Shown: positions 54,818 to 64,000 of the stretch, one piece after another
Layout: each line of letters starts with the position of its first letter
How positions within the stretch are numbered: the first letter of the stretch is position 1
DNA from: Nitrospirota bacterium
GTDB taxonomy: Bacteria; Nitrospirota; Thermodesulfovibrionia; Thermodesulfovibrionales; UBA9159
NCBI GenBank assembly: GCA_963699545.1
Contig: CAVOUE010000011.1
Coordinates: 1-64,000, forward strand
Reading direction: 5' to 3'
Length of the DNA stretch: 64,000 bases
The notes under the pieces: model-generated
Told to the model about the DNA's origin: nothing
Database searches by the model: none
What the model saw: only the letters and a program-made list of their open reading frames with translations
Translations under genes and position numbers: made by a program

Positions 54818-55602
54818 CAGGCATTCCTCTCGTGAATCAATCGCAATCCCCTGAGGGTCAGGTCAGGATCCAGGAAACACTCCCTTTCCATGTGACGCAC
54901 TGTCATGGATGAATATCCCCCGGTGGCGACGACCTTGAACCCGCACCCTTCCTCTGTTTCAATACCGCGGATAATCCTCTCCACCGCCCCTGCGGTCCCA
55001 TATATCATACCAGAAATCATGCATGCAGTCGTGTTTTTCCCCAAGGCAGTCACAGAAGAGATCAAACCCCCTGTTTTCGCAGTAAAATCAACGGCAGGAA
55101 GCTTCGCGGTGCCCTTGTGCATGGCTTCTCCCATGAGCCGTATCCCTGGCAATATAGCTCCCCCGAGGAAACGGCCGTCTCTGACAGCACTAATGGTTGT
55201 TGCGGTGCCAAAGTCAACCACCGCCACCGGAGATCCCACAGCGTCCAGAGCAGCCACAGCATTGGCGATCCTGTCGGAACCGACCTCGTCCGGCCTTTCA
55301 AGGTCAAAGGTGAGCCCTGACTTCAAGGAATGAGCCACGATCAAGGGTTCCGGGGTACTCATGTCCCTCACGGAACGGGCAATGCCATCCGTAAGTTCCG
55401 GCACAACCGAAGATAGTACAACTCCGTCAAGGGGTTTCTCCACTCTTTCCTTCGCCAGGAACGCCTCAATTTCGCCCCTGTAGTGGGCGGGATCACGCAG
55501 GGTGCGGGTTGGGATATCGATCCGGCAAAAGAGACGCTTACCGGCAAAAATACCTGTAACTATTGAAGAATTCCCGATATCTATGACGAGAAGCATCCCC
55601 AT
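54817..55602 (-). CDS. coaX: Type III pantothenate kinase
   Basis: IDIGNS, SSVVP, GSDR, VDFGTATT, GGAILPG, ATGG. Confidence 0.95.
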   Translation of the reverse strand: MGMLLVIDIGNSSIVTGIFAGKRLFCRIDIPTRTLRDPAHYRGEIEAFLAKERVEKPLDGVVLSSVVPELTDGIARSVRDMSTPEPLIVAHSLKSGLTFDLERPDEVGSDRIANAVAALDAVGSPVAVVDFGTATTISAVRDGRFLGGAILPGIRLMGEAMHKGTAKLPAVDFTAKTGGLISSVTALGKNTTACMISGMIYGTAGAVERIIRGIETEEGCGFKVVATGGYSSMTVRHMERECFLDPDLTLRGLRLIHERNA

Positions 55603-55607
55603 GTGCT

Positions 55608-56415
55608 CTACCGGAGCATCGTGACGTCCCCGGCGCTTAACACCTTCCGGATCCCCGAGGGCAATCGTACAATCAATCTTCCTTCTTCATCAACGGTCTC
55701 AGCAATACCTTCAAACGATCCGCCGGCCTCGGTAACCCTCACATTTCTCCTCAAAGTGTGAGAGAGACGTTCTCCATTCTGTAAGAATCCGCCCCCTGTC
55801 CCCCTGCGACAGTTCGTCATACCAGAGCCTTAACTCACAAAGGATGCCGGAGATGAGTCCATTTCTTAAGATTTTTCTTCCGGTCTCGATCCGCAGAGAA
55901 GTTGCAGTAGTGCTCAGTTCCGGGGAAAGGTCAGAACCCCGTGCATTCAGGTTGATCCCGATTCCCACCACCGCAAAGAGGATTCTCGGTCCCCTGGACT
56001 TCATTTCTGTAAGGATGCCACCAAGCTTCTTGCCGGACACCATAAGGTCATTGGGCCACTTGATCTCGACCTGAAGACCGGTGGCCTCCCTCAGTGCCCG
56101 TACACATGCAACACCCGCCGTCATGGTCAGCAGGGCTGCCTCTGCCGGCGTGACGGTCGGTTTGAGCAGAACGCTCATGAAAATATTTCCGGATGGAGAT
56201 ACCCATTCCCGTCCGAGCCTTCCCCTTCCCTTTGTCTGGCGATCAGCCACCACAACTGTCCCGTGGGGTGCGTCTTTTTCTCCCATCTCCATGGCAACGG
56301 TATTTGTGGAATCCACCGTGTCCATGGAGATTACATTCCAGCCTGGAGGGACGTCCAGCGGCGTTTTTATCCGACCCACGCAGCCTCCCTGTGCCCCGAG
56401 GAAATACCGTTTCAC
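55608..56415 (-). CDS. birA: Biotin protein ligase without HTH domain (frameshift ~55825; start probably downstream of 56415)
   Basis: DSTN, QTKGRGRLGR.W, IKWPNDL, KKLGGIL, GIGIN; C-part DEEGRL..AGDV. Confidence 0.92.
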
Positions 56416-56427
56416 CGGGATGCGGAC

Positions 56428-57174
56428 CTATTCCTCAGGGAGAATCGCCACTTCGATCTTCCCCTTCAGACCATCAGCAAATTTCTCGGCATCACTCTTC
56501 GAGCCAACGATCGAGCCATAATGCATCGGGATCGCCACCTTCGGTTTGATGTCCAACGCTGCCCGGATCGCCTCTTCTGCGGTCATGACATAGGTGCCGG
56601 AGACAGGCAGGAGTGCGATATCCGCCCTGAAGGTCTTCATTTCAGGGATATAATCCGTATCCCCCGCGATGTATATCCGCTGACCCTTCACCGTAAAGAT
56701 ATACCCTACCCATCCCTTGTCTTTTGTGTGGAATTGTTTGTTGGTATTGTAAGAGGGCACCGCCTCGATATCGATTCCGGCGACATTGATGGTGTCTCCC
56801 GCTTTGACAACCTTGATATTCCCTGACAATTTCTTAGCACAGTCTGCCGGACAGATAATGATCGTATCCTGTCCCTGTATCTTCTTCACGTCATCGGGGG
56901 AGCAGTGATCATAGTGCTCGTGGGTGACGAGGATGATGTCAGCCTTATCTTTTTTCTTGATCTTGAAGGGATCGGTATAGATCACTTTATCCCCCGCAAC
57001 TTTGAACGTATCATGTCCGAGCCAGTGGATGTTCTTAACCATCTCTTTTGCCTCCTTTTCACCTGCCGGCAGCCCCGCAGGTGTCAATGTCAGTGTCAGG
57101 AAGAGGATAAAACACGCTGGAAATCCTTTAGATATGATTTTGTCCCTCCTTGCAGACCGTACTATGTTTCTCAT
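56428..57174 (-). CDS. MBL-fold metallo-hydrolase, possibly exported (alternative start 57042)
   Basis: WLGH..F, THEHYDH, YIAGDT, IPMHY; hydrophobic leader FILFLTLTL. Confidence 0.88.
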   Translation of the reverse strand: MRNIVRSARRDKIISKGFPACFILFLTLTLTPAGLPAGEKEAKEMVKNIHWLGHDTFKVAGDKVIYTDPFKIKKKDKADIILVTHEHYDHCSPDDVKKIQGQDTIIICPADCAKKLSGNIKVVKAGDTINVAGIDIEAVPSYNTNKQFHTKDKGWVGYIFTVKGQRIYIAGDTDYIPEMKTFRADIALLPVSGTYVMTAEEAIRAALDIKPKVAIPMHYGSIVGSKSDAEKFADGLKGKIEVAILPEE

Positions 57175-57414
57175 CCTGCTATTCACAAAGTATAGCACAA
57201 GATGGCCTGGCTGCCATTGCAGAACGTTCCTGGGAATGTGCCCGATTTTCCGGACCGGAAAAGGGGTTAACAGGCGCTCGAAATCAGCTCTGGTTCGCGC
57301 TGGGAATTTACCCATTCGACGCGTGCACAGTGAGCTGAAACAAACAGTTGCAACCTTTCTCAGAATGCTATACACTTCAATCAGAAATCATGAAAGACGA
57401 GAGGGGGGATCTTA

Positions 57415-57582
57415 ATGCCTGCCTACGAATATGCCTGCAAAGATTGCGGGAAAGAGTTCACAGTTTTTCTCTCCATAAAGGAATATGAAGCTCACCCAAA
57501 GATCAAGTGTCCACACTGCACAAGTGATAATGTGGAAAGGACAATTACAGGTTTCTTTGCAAAGACAAGCAAAAAGTCATAG
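57415..57582 (+). CDS. FmdB-family zinc-ribbon protein (55 aa, not in ORF track)
   Basis: MPAYEYACKDCGKEF...KCPHCTSDNVER; purine-rich SD upstream. Confidence 0.9.
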   Translation: MPAYEYACKDCGKEFTVFLSIKEYEAHPKIKCPHCTSDNVERTITGFFAKTSKKS

Positions 57583-57742
57583 ATTTCAATTATCTCATCT
57601 TTTCTAATAAGGTATCAATAACTTCCTCCTACCGATAAATATGCTATAAAGAGAGAAAGATCGGTAAGGCAGGAGAACGTAATTCTTCCTGGGTCACAGA
57701 GCCCTGATTACAGTCTGTTCCCTGCATGAGAGGCCATTTGGA

Positions 57743-57940
57743 TCATTTTTTGATCCGGGCTCGCCTGAGCTTTGCGGCTTCAAGTATCTTTCGTCTCATA
57801 AGGTTGTCGGCATCGGGCCATGAAACGATCTCATCAATGCTACGATAGCACTCTGGACAGATTTTGTTCTGATCGAGAGAACACCTCTTAATGCAAGGTG
57901 ATTTCACCTCACCTTTTTTTTCATTTTGTGATTTCTTCAC
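57743..57940 (-). CDS. DUF1289-like small Cys-rich protein
   Basis: SPC..RC.LD...C.EC.R...EI..W. Confidence 0.8.
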   Translation of the reverse strand: MKKSQNEKKGEVKSPCIKRCSLDQNKICPECYRSIDEIVSWPDADNLMRRKILEAAKLRRARIKK

Positions 57941-58303
57941 TTCTTTCTATTTTACTCCTCGAGGCCTATGTGCGGGTGAAATATTTGGCGCCGAACCGAA
58001 GTGAGAGGCGAATGTTTTTCGCACCGTCTCTCGCTTTCGCTCGTTTGGTTCTTGCAGTTCGGGACGTTCGCTTGATATTTCTAGGCCCGCTCCCATCCTT
58101 TTTGTCAGCTCGCCGGGTTCCGTAAAAGCTCTCAAAGGAAACACTTTCTTTCGCAACTGAGCACGGAGATGTACTTCCTGAAATCTTGCTTTTCTGGAAC
58201 TTGTCATCGGCCAGAGCTTACGACCGGAAATCGACGGGATCTCCGCTCTTGACTCGGACACTTCTGGTAGGGTATAACAAACTTGCCACCGGGGGGTTGC
58301 GTG

Positions 58304-58458
58304 TTAGACAGAAAACTCGATAACATCACAAAAGTAATCTTAGCCAATCATGATAGCACGATAAATCAAACAGTTACGCTGAGCGTGATGTCTATGGCAG
58401 ATTGCGGAGCCTGGAAGATTCCGGAGTTATCGAGAAACTATCTAATAACTGGTTCGGT
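58304..58458 (+). other. attI-like region upstream of the cassette
   Basis: Inverted repeat 58304-58324 / 58426-58445 ending just before the core site GTTCGGT at 58452. Confidence 0.45.
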
Positions 58459-59059
58459 AGAAAATAGAGGCAAATAAAATGGATATTTTCTGGCAAAGCT
58501 TCTTTGGTTTTCTTGAAAAACTCGGACTATTAGTTGTTCCTCTGATCGCAGCCTATATTGGTTGGAGGCTCAGTCAGAAAACCTATGTCAGGCAACTTCT
58601 GGTAGACACACTCAAAAACAAATTTGACGCGCTTCGCGAAATAAAGTCCGTAATCGGAAACATCCCGCCGGACCTAAATAAAAATGATCTTATTAAACGG
58701 CTAAGTCATGATAAGGATTTTCGTGATTCACTGACGACCAGAATGGTAAGGCTTCTCGGTCTACGAAATGAGCTTATTCCTTTTATTGCTCCAGAATTTG
58801 TTGATTTGATAGATACGCAGCTTGAACCGCTGTTTACGATAGAAAACGGCAGCTATACTTTCAGATCGGAAAAAATCCAGGCATTTGCCACATTCGCATC
58901 TGAAGCCAGACTCCTGGTATCTACCATAGAAACCAAATTGACAGAAGAGTACAAAAAACAATTGAAATGAATTTACCGAACACGTAAATCAACCCGACTG
59001 GCGATAACGCTGGTTTGATTTTCATCCTTGGTGATTGCGCCAGCGGGTTATTTGCTTCG
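58453..59059 (+). mobile_element. Integron gene cassette (single ORF plus attC)
   Basis: Begins at G|TTCGGTA; the attC R'' TACCGAAC is its exact reverse complement; promoterless AT-rich ORF. Confidence 0.85.
58479..58970 (+). CDS. Cassette-encoded hypothetical protein (163 aa, N-terminal TM helix)
   Basis: SD AGAGG, ATG 27 nt after the start of the core site, stop 4 nt before attC; LGLLVVPLIAAYIGW hydrophobic segment. Confidence 0.8.
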   Translation: MDIFWQSFFGFLEKLGLLVVPLIAAYIGWRLSQKTYVRQLLVDTLKNKFDALREIKSVIGNIPPDLNKNDLIKRLSHDKDFRDSLTTRMVRLLGLRNELIPFIAPEFVDLIDTQLEPLFTIENGSYTFRSEKIQAFATFASEARLLVSTIETKLTEEYKKQLK

Positions 59060-59065
59060 TTGCTT
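58975..59065 (+). other. attC recombination site (91 bp)
   Basis: R'' ACCGAAC-5 nt-L'' AATCAACC..stem..L' GGTTATT-6 nt-R' GTTGCTT, with two unpaired bases at the usual positions. Confidence 0.85.
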
Positions 59066-59181
59066 TCGGAAAGCCACATTAGTTTCAATTTGCGATAACT
59101 ATCATTAAGTCGGTGGAGTCCGCATCCCGCAGAACAGGAAGAGATAAGACGTGGACGATGGGACGCGTCTTAACGCGAAAC

Positions 59182-59210
59182 AAAAAATGCCGGGAAGAAT
59201 TCCCGGCATT
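59182..59210 (-). terminator. Intrinsic terminator downstream of uvrB
   Basis: AATGCCGGGAA-GAA-TTCCCGGCATT hairpin with a T-run on the minus strand. Confidence 0.8.
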
Positions 59211-59295
59211 GTGGGCCTTACGCGGCTTTTACGCGTTTCTGATATTCATGTTCAGGCCAGAAACCTCTTGAGCTGGGATATACGGATACACTTGA

Positions 59296-61336
59296 TTACG
59301 GTTTTCTGCTCCTTCCCTTGCTCCTCTTTGCAGGTGGTACAGAAGGCTTCCCGATGCCCACCTCGATCAGCCTTTTCCTCACCTCTTTGATCTTTTCCCT
59401 GAGCTCGATGGCGTGCTCAAAGTCCAGTTTTTGTGCCGCTTCCTTCATCTCCGCTTCAAGCCTCTTCAGGGTTTCCTCGTCATATCCGTAGGCAGGTATT
59501 TCTTCTGCAACAGCGACGGTCCAGTAGTCCGATTCGTAGATCGAACTGAGGATGTCCTTAATGCTGGATTTCACGGTTTCCGGCGTTATTCCCATCTCTT
59601 CATTATATTTTTTCTGGATTTTCCTTCTTCTTGTGGTTTCGTCCAGGGCCCTCTGCATGGACCCTGTTATAGTATCCGCATAGAGGATCACCTCTCCGTT
59701 GACGTTCCGTGCCGCCCGTCCCGCGGTCTGGATCAGGGAACGCTCCGACCGGAGAAACCCTTCCTTATCGGCGTCGAGGATCGCGACCAGTGAAACTTCA
59801 GGGAGGTCAAGCCCTTCCCTCAGCAGGTTCACCCCTATCAGTACGTCGAACTTGCCCAGCCTCAGGTCCCGCAGTATCTCGATCCTCTGGAGGGTGTCTA
59901 TGTCTGAATGGAGATACCTCGCCCTCACCCCAAGTTCGGTATAATGGTCCGTGAGGTCCTCCGCCATCTTCTTTGTGAGTGTGGTGACAAGTACCCGTTC
60001 ACCCTTTTCCGTCCGCTTTCTTATCTCACCGAGAAGATCATCGACCTGTCCGAGGCAGGCTTCACCTCATTTCAGGGTCAATAAGTCCCGTCGGCCTGAT
60101 GATCTGTTCAACGACTGGCCCCTCGAAATTTTCAATCTCATAGGGCGCCGGGGTTGCGGACACATAGATCGCCTGAGTGACCCGGTGCTCGAATTCGGCA
60201 AATCTCAGCGGCCTGTTGTCCAGGGCGGAGGGCAGCCTGAATCCGAAGTCAATAAGGGTCTGCTTTCTTGACCTGTCACCCTCGTACATGCCGCCGATCT
60301 GAGGTACTGGTAGCGTGAGACTCATCGATAACGATCAGAAAATCTTCGGGAAAATAATCGATCAGGGTGTAAGGGGGCTCTCCCGGCGGCCCTTCCGCTG
60401 AGATGGCGGGAATAGTTTTCGATGCCGTGGCAGTAGCCGAATTCCTTCGAGCATTTCCAGATCGAACCTCGTTCTCTGCTCGATCCTCTGCGCCTCCACC
60501 AATTTACCCTCTTTCAGGAAATATTCGACCCTCTCCTTCATCTCCTCTTCGTATCCTTTTCAGAGCGGGCTCCATGCTCTCCCTCGGCGTTATCCAGTGG
60601 CTGTTCGGGAAAAGGGCGAACCTTTTCGAGTCTCCTGAGTCTTTGCGCCGGTAAAGGGATCGAATTCATAGATTGCGTCGATATCATCGCCAAACAACTC
60701 CATGCGGATTGCTTTGTTGAGCGAGAAGGACGGAAAGACCTCGACGATATCTCCCCTCACCCTGAATGTTCCCCTCTTGAACTCGATATCCGAACGGGCA
60801 TACTGCATATCTACAAGCCTTCTCAGTATCTCGTCCCGTTCGGTGCGCATCCCCTCTTCGAGAAAGAGGTGCATATCCATATAATCCCGGGGAGAGCCGA
60901 TGCCGTAAATGCAGGAGACCGATGCGACGACAATGGTGTCCCTTCGTTCAAGGACGGCCCTTGTCGCCGAATGCCTCAGCCTGTCGATGTCGTCGTTGAT
61001 CATGGCGTCTTTCTCGATATACGTATCGGTGGTCGGGATATATGCCTCGGGCTGGTAGTAGTCATAATAGCTCACAAAGAACTCGACGGCGTTTTCCGGA
61101 AACAGTTCCTTGAATTCGCCGTAGAGCTGCGCTGCAAGGGTCTTGTTATGAGCAATGACAAGGGCGGGCTTCTTGATATGTGCGATCACATTAGCGACGG
61201 TAAAGGTCTTGCCGGAACCGGTGACGCCGAGAAGGACCTGATGCCTCAAGCCTCTCCCGATTCCTGCGGTCAGTTCTTCAATAGCCTTGGGTTGGTCCCC
61301 TCGTGAAATGAAATTCGTCGAGAGCTTGAAATCCAT
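59296..61336 (-). CDS. uvrB: Excinuclease ABC subunit B (several frameshifts)
   Basis: [65 protein letters not shown]. Confidence 0.96.
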
Positions 61337-61475
61337 CTTTCTATAATACCAGACGTCTGCCCCGTGGGGCAGCGGATGTCATAAAAGGTAGCTCTTTCGT
61401 TTATGGAGAGCGCTTCCCTTGATAGCCGGAATCTGATAAAATTCCAGAAGAGATTACATCTCCCTTGTTTGAACC

Positions 61476-61655
61476 ATGACCGAAGAACATGAAAAGCTGG
61501 TAAAGACCTCTGTGCATCTCGAAGAAGAGGTGCTGGAGGCGCTGGAAGAACTTGCCCGGGAATACTCAAAAGAGACCGGGCAGAGGTGGTCGAGGGGAGC
61601 GGTGATACGGGTTGCGCTGAGCGAGTTTTTCTCGCGCAGAGGAAAGATACTTTAA
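61476..61655 (+). CDS. Ribbon-helix-helix (CopG-like) protein (59 aa, not in ORF track)
   Basis: MTEEHEKLVKTSVHLEEEVLEALEELAREYSKETGQRWSRGAVIRVALSEFFSRRGKIL. Confidence 0.8.
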   Translation: MTEEHEKLVKTSVHLEEEVLEALEELAREYSKETGQRWSRGAVIRVALSEFFSRRGKIL

Positions 61656-61754
61656 CGGCCTTGTCTTTCTTGCACCTCCGGGGCTCCCTTCTTTTTCTGA
61701 AGAGAACCAGCAGTTGTGGGTCTGCCCGAAGACAGCTATAATAGGATCGATTCT

Positions 61755-62219
61755 ATGAATTCACCTGAAGAGAGATTGAAAGAACTGGGAATCCTTCTGC
61801 CGGCCGCACCCGCCGCACTGGGCGCCTATATTCCCTGTGTACAAGCAGGGAACCTCCTCTTCCTGAGCGGACAGCTCCCGCTCCGCGATGGAAAACTCGT
61901 TCATACGGGAAGGCTCGGTGAATCCGTCTCCGTCAGCGAAGCCCAGGAAGACGCCAGACAAACAGTGATGAATGCCCTGAGCAATGTCAAAGCATTTCTC
62001 GGAGACCTGGCCAGAGTGGCACAGTGTGTGAAGCTCAGCGGCTATGTGGCCTCGGCATCCGACTTTACCGACCAGCCAAAGGTTCTGAATGCCGCCTCCG
62101 AACTCCTGCGCGATATCTTCGGTGATCGCGGGAAACATGCGAGGGTTGCCGTAGGGGTGCCTGTTCTTCCCTTGAACTCTCCCCTGGAGATCGATTTTAT
62201 CTTCGAGATAAAGGAATAA
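61755..62219 (+). CDS. RidA/YjgF family protein (Rid subfamily)
   Basis: L.ELGI.LP, LFLSGQLP, DQPKV.N.ASELL, GKHARVAVGV..LP. Confidence 0.93.
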   Translation: MNSPEERLKELGILLPAAPAALGAYIPCVQAGNLLFLSGQLPLRDGKLVHTGRLGESVSVSEAQEDARQTVMNALSNVKAFLGDLARVAQCVKLSGYVASASDFTDQPKVLNAASELLRDIFGDRGKHARVAVGVPVLPLNSPLEIDFIFEIKE

Positions 62220-62251
62220 AAACTATCATCGGTCGATCCCCGGCACCGTTA

Positions 62252-62920
62252 TCATTTATTTTCAGAAGGCGGGGCCATGTGCCTGATTATCTTCCCTTCA
62301 ACAAAGTAGATCACCATTTCAGCGATATTGGTGGCGTGGTCTGCGATGCGTTCCAGGTACTTTGAAATATAAGTGATCCTTGTTGCACGTGACACCGTAT
62401 GCGGGTCCTGGATCATAAAGAAGAGCAGTTCATTGAAGACCTGAAGGTTGAGCTGATCGACCTCGTCATCCCTCTTTATCACATCCATCGCAAGCTTTGC
62501 ATCTCCCCGGACAAGGGCATCAAGGGAGTCTTTCACCATTCCCCTTGCTATTTCAGCCATCCTTGGTATATCTATATACGGCTTCAGCATTGGCTCGTCG
62601 TTAAGCTCTATGGCCCTTTCCGCAATATCAACCGCAAGGTCTCCCATCCTTTCGATGTCCGTAGTGATCTTCATGGCGGTCGTGATGAACCGGAGGTCTC
62701 CCGCCTTTGGTTGTCTCAAAGCAATGAGCCGGATAGACTCCTCGTCTATCTCAACATCGAGTGTATTTATGAGATGGTCATTTTCAATGATCCTCTGCGC
62801 AAGGCCATTGTCCCTGTCCAAGAGGGCCTGTATGGAAGCCTTGATCGCATCTTCCACGAGGGACCCCATTTTGAGAAGTTTTCCCTTTAAATGCTGCAGT
62901 TCATCATCAAAGATTGACAT
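62252..62920 (-). CDS. phoU: Phosphate signalling protein PhoU
   Basis: QPKAGDLR, DIERMGD, DDEVD, LERIADHATNIAE. Confidence 0.97.
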   Translation of the reverse strand: MSIFDDELQHLKGKLLKMGSLVEDAIKASIQALLDRDNGLAQRIIENDHLINTLDVEIDEESIRLIALRQPKAGDLRFITTAMKITTDIERMGDLAVDIAERAIELNDEPMLKPYIDIPRMAEIARGMVKDSLDALVRGDAKLAMDVIKRDDEVDQLNLQVFNELLFFMIQDPHTVSRATRITYISKYLERIADHATNIAEMVIYFVEGKIIRHMAPPSENK

Positions 62921-63684
62921 TATCCAAACCTCCCCGTGATATATTCTTCAGTGAGCTTTTCAGAGGGGGTAGTAAAGATCTTGTCGGTCCTCCCAAATTC
63001 TACCAGCTCACCGAGCATCATGAAGCCTGTCCAATCAGATATCCTTGCCGCCTGCTGCATATTATGTGTGACGATGATAATACTCACACTGTTTTTTAGA
63101 TCGACAATAAGCTCCTCAATCTTTGCCGTGGATATTGGGTCAAGGGCCGAAGTAGGCTCATCAAAGAGCAGGACTTCGGGTTCCACCGCCAGCGCCCTCG
63201 CAATGACAAGCCTCTGCTGCTGGCCACCGGAAAGTTCGTAGGCACTCATATTCAGCTTGTCCTTCACTTCATCCCAGAGCGCAGCATTCCTGATCGCCTT
63301 TTCCACCTTCTCTGACAAATCTGCCCTCTTCTTGATCCCTTTCAATCTCAGGCCATATGCAATATTGTCGAATATGGTCATGGGAAAAGGGGTCGGCTTT
63401 TGGAACACCATGCCTATATTGCTCCGAAGACTTATCAGATCTGTGCCATTGGAAAGAATGTTCCTGTCCTGAAAAATGATTTCTCCCTCATACCGGTTTC
63501 TGGGATACAGGTCATGCATCCTGTTAAAGCACCTGAGAAGTGTGGTCTTTCCGCAGCCTGAAGGACCAATCAGGGCCGTGACCGCACTTTTGTATGCGTG
63601 CATGTTTATCTGTTTAAGCGCGTGAACATTCCCCGCATAGTAAAAGTTCAGATCCTTTATCTCGATTTCCTTCTTTTCTGTCAC
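62920..63684 (-). CDS. pstB: Phosphate ABC transporter ATP-binding protein
   Basis: [50 protein letters not shown] overlaps the pstA stop. Confidence 0.97.
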   Translation of the reverse strand: MTEKKEIEIKDLNFYYAGNVHALKQINMHAYKSAVTALIGPSGCGKTTLLRCFNRMHDLYPRNRYEGEIIFQDRNILSNGTDLISLRSNIGMVFQKPTPFPMTIFDNIAYGLRLKGIKKRADLSEKVEKAIRNAALWDEVKDKLNMSAYELSGGQQQRLVIARALAVEPEVLLFDEPTSALDPISTAKIEELIVDLKNSVSIIIVTHNMQQAARISDWTGFMMLGELVEFGRTDKIFTTPSEKLTEEYITGRFG

Positions 63685-64000
63685 TATTTGTACCTCCACT
63701 TTATTATAAGCCTCCCAAGGATAGTGATGGCAAGAACGACCAGGGTAATAATAAGAGATGCGGCCCATGCCTGTGCGTGCCAGTCATCATAGGGCCCCAT
63801 GGCGTACTGGAATATGCTCGCCGTCAGAGAGGCCATGGACCTGTTCATATCTAGAGAGAAATACGCGTTATTGAATGATGTGAAGAGGAGCGGCGCGGTC
63901 TCCCCCGCAACCCTCGCAATGGAGAGCAGGATGCCTGTGAGAATACCGGTAGCAGCCCCCCGGTAGACTACCTGAATGATCACTTTGTAATAGGGAGCGC
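63684..64000 (-). CDS. pstA: Phosphate ABC transporter permease PstA (5' part outside window)
   Basis: [24 protein letters not shown]. Confidence 0.95.
   Translation of the reverse strand, partial: APYYKVIIQVVYRGAATGILTGILLSIARVAGETAPLLFTSFNNAYFSLDMNRSMASLTASIFQYAMGPYDDWHAQAWAASLIITLVVLAITILGRLIIKWRYK

Noticed and set aside
57626-57675. Hairpin CTCCTACCGAT..ATCGGTAAGGCAGGAG as a possible sRNA or attC
   Set aside because: No R/L boxes and a large loop; may simply be a weak terminator between convergent genes.
58030-58071. Start of a possible second attC at GCCGAAC
   Set aside because: No L''/L' boxes at the correct spacing and no ORF ending immediately upstream.

Overview
Bacterial chromosomal window, mostly housekeeping. 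Gene content and order suggest Nitrospirota (Thermodesulfovibrionia-like); this is my inference, not a search result. Bases 1-17.5 kb carry the str-S10-spc-alpha ribosomal superoperon on the minus strand, with no rpmD (L30) or adk at their usual positions. Next come cysK, an AhpF-like thioredoxin reductase, a CusR/CusS-like two-component system, zur-znuACB, a porin, lptFG, a PiT locus, the rpsU-yqeY-nif3-dnaG-rpoD-tRNA operon, leuS-lptE-holA, a birA-coaX-galT-USP-JAB-GGR-TonB run, uvrB and pstA-pstB-phoU. Many essential genes carry single-base frameshifts, most likely long-read consensus errors. The most notable non-routine signals are: (1) a complete lone integron gene cassette with a canonical attC at 58452-59065, next to an attI-like region and a possibly decayed integrase; (2) a GTAG-type REP doublet translated in frame inside LeuS; (3) an orphan JAMM protease gene; (4) a structured, GGA-rich porin leader with sigma70 and sigma54 promoters; (5) several probable leaderless transcripts.
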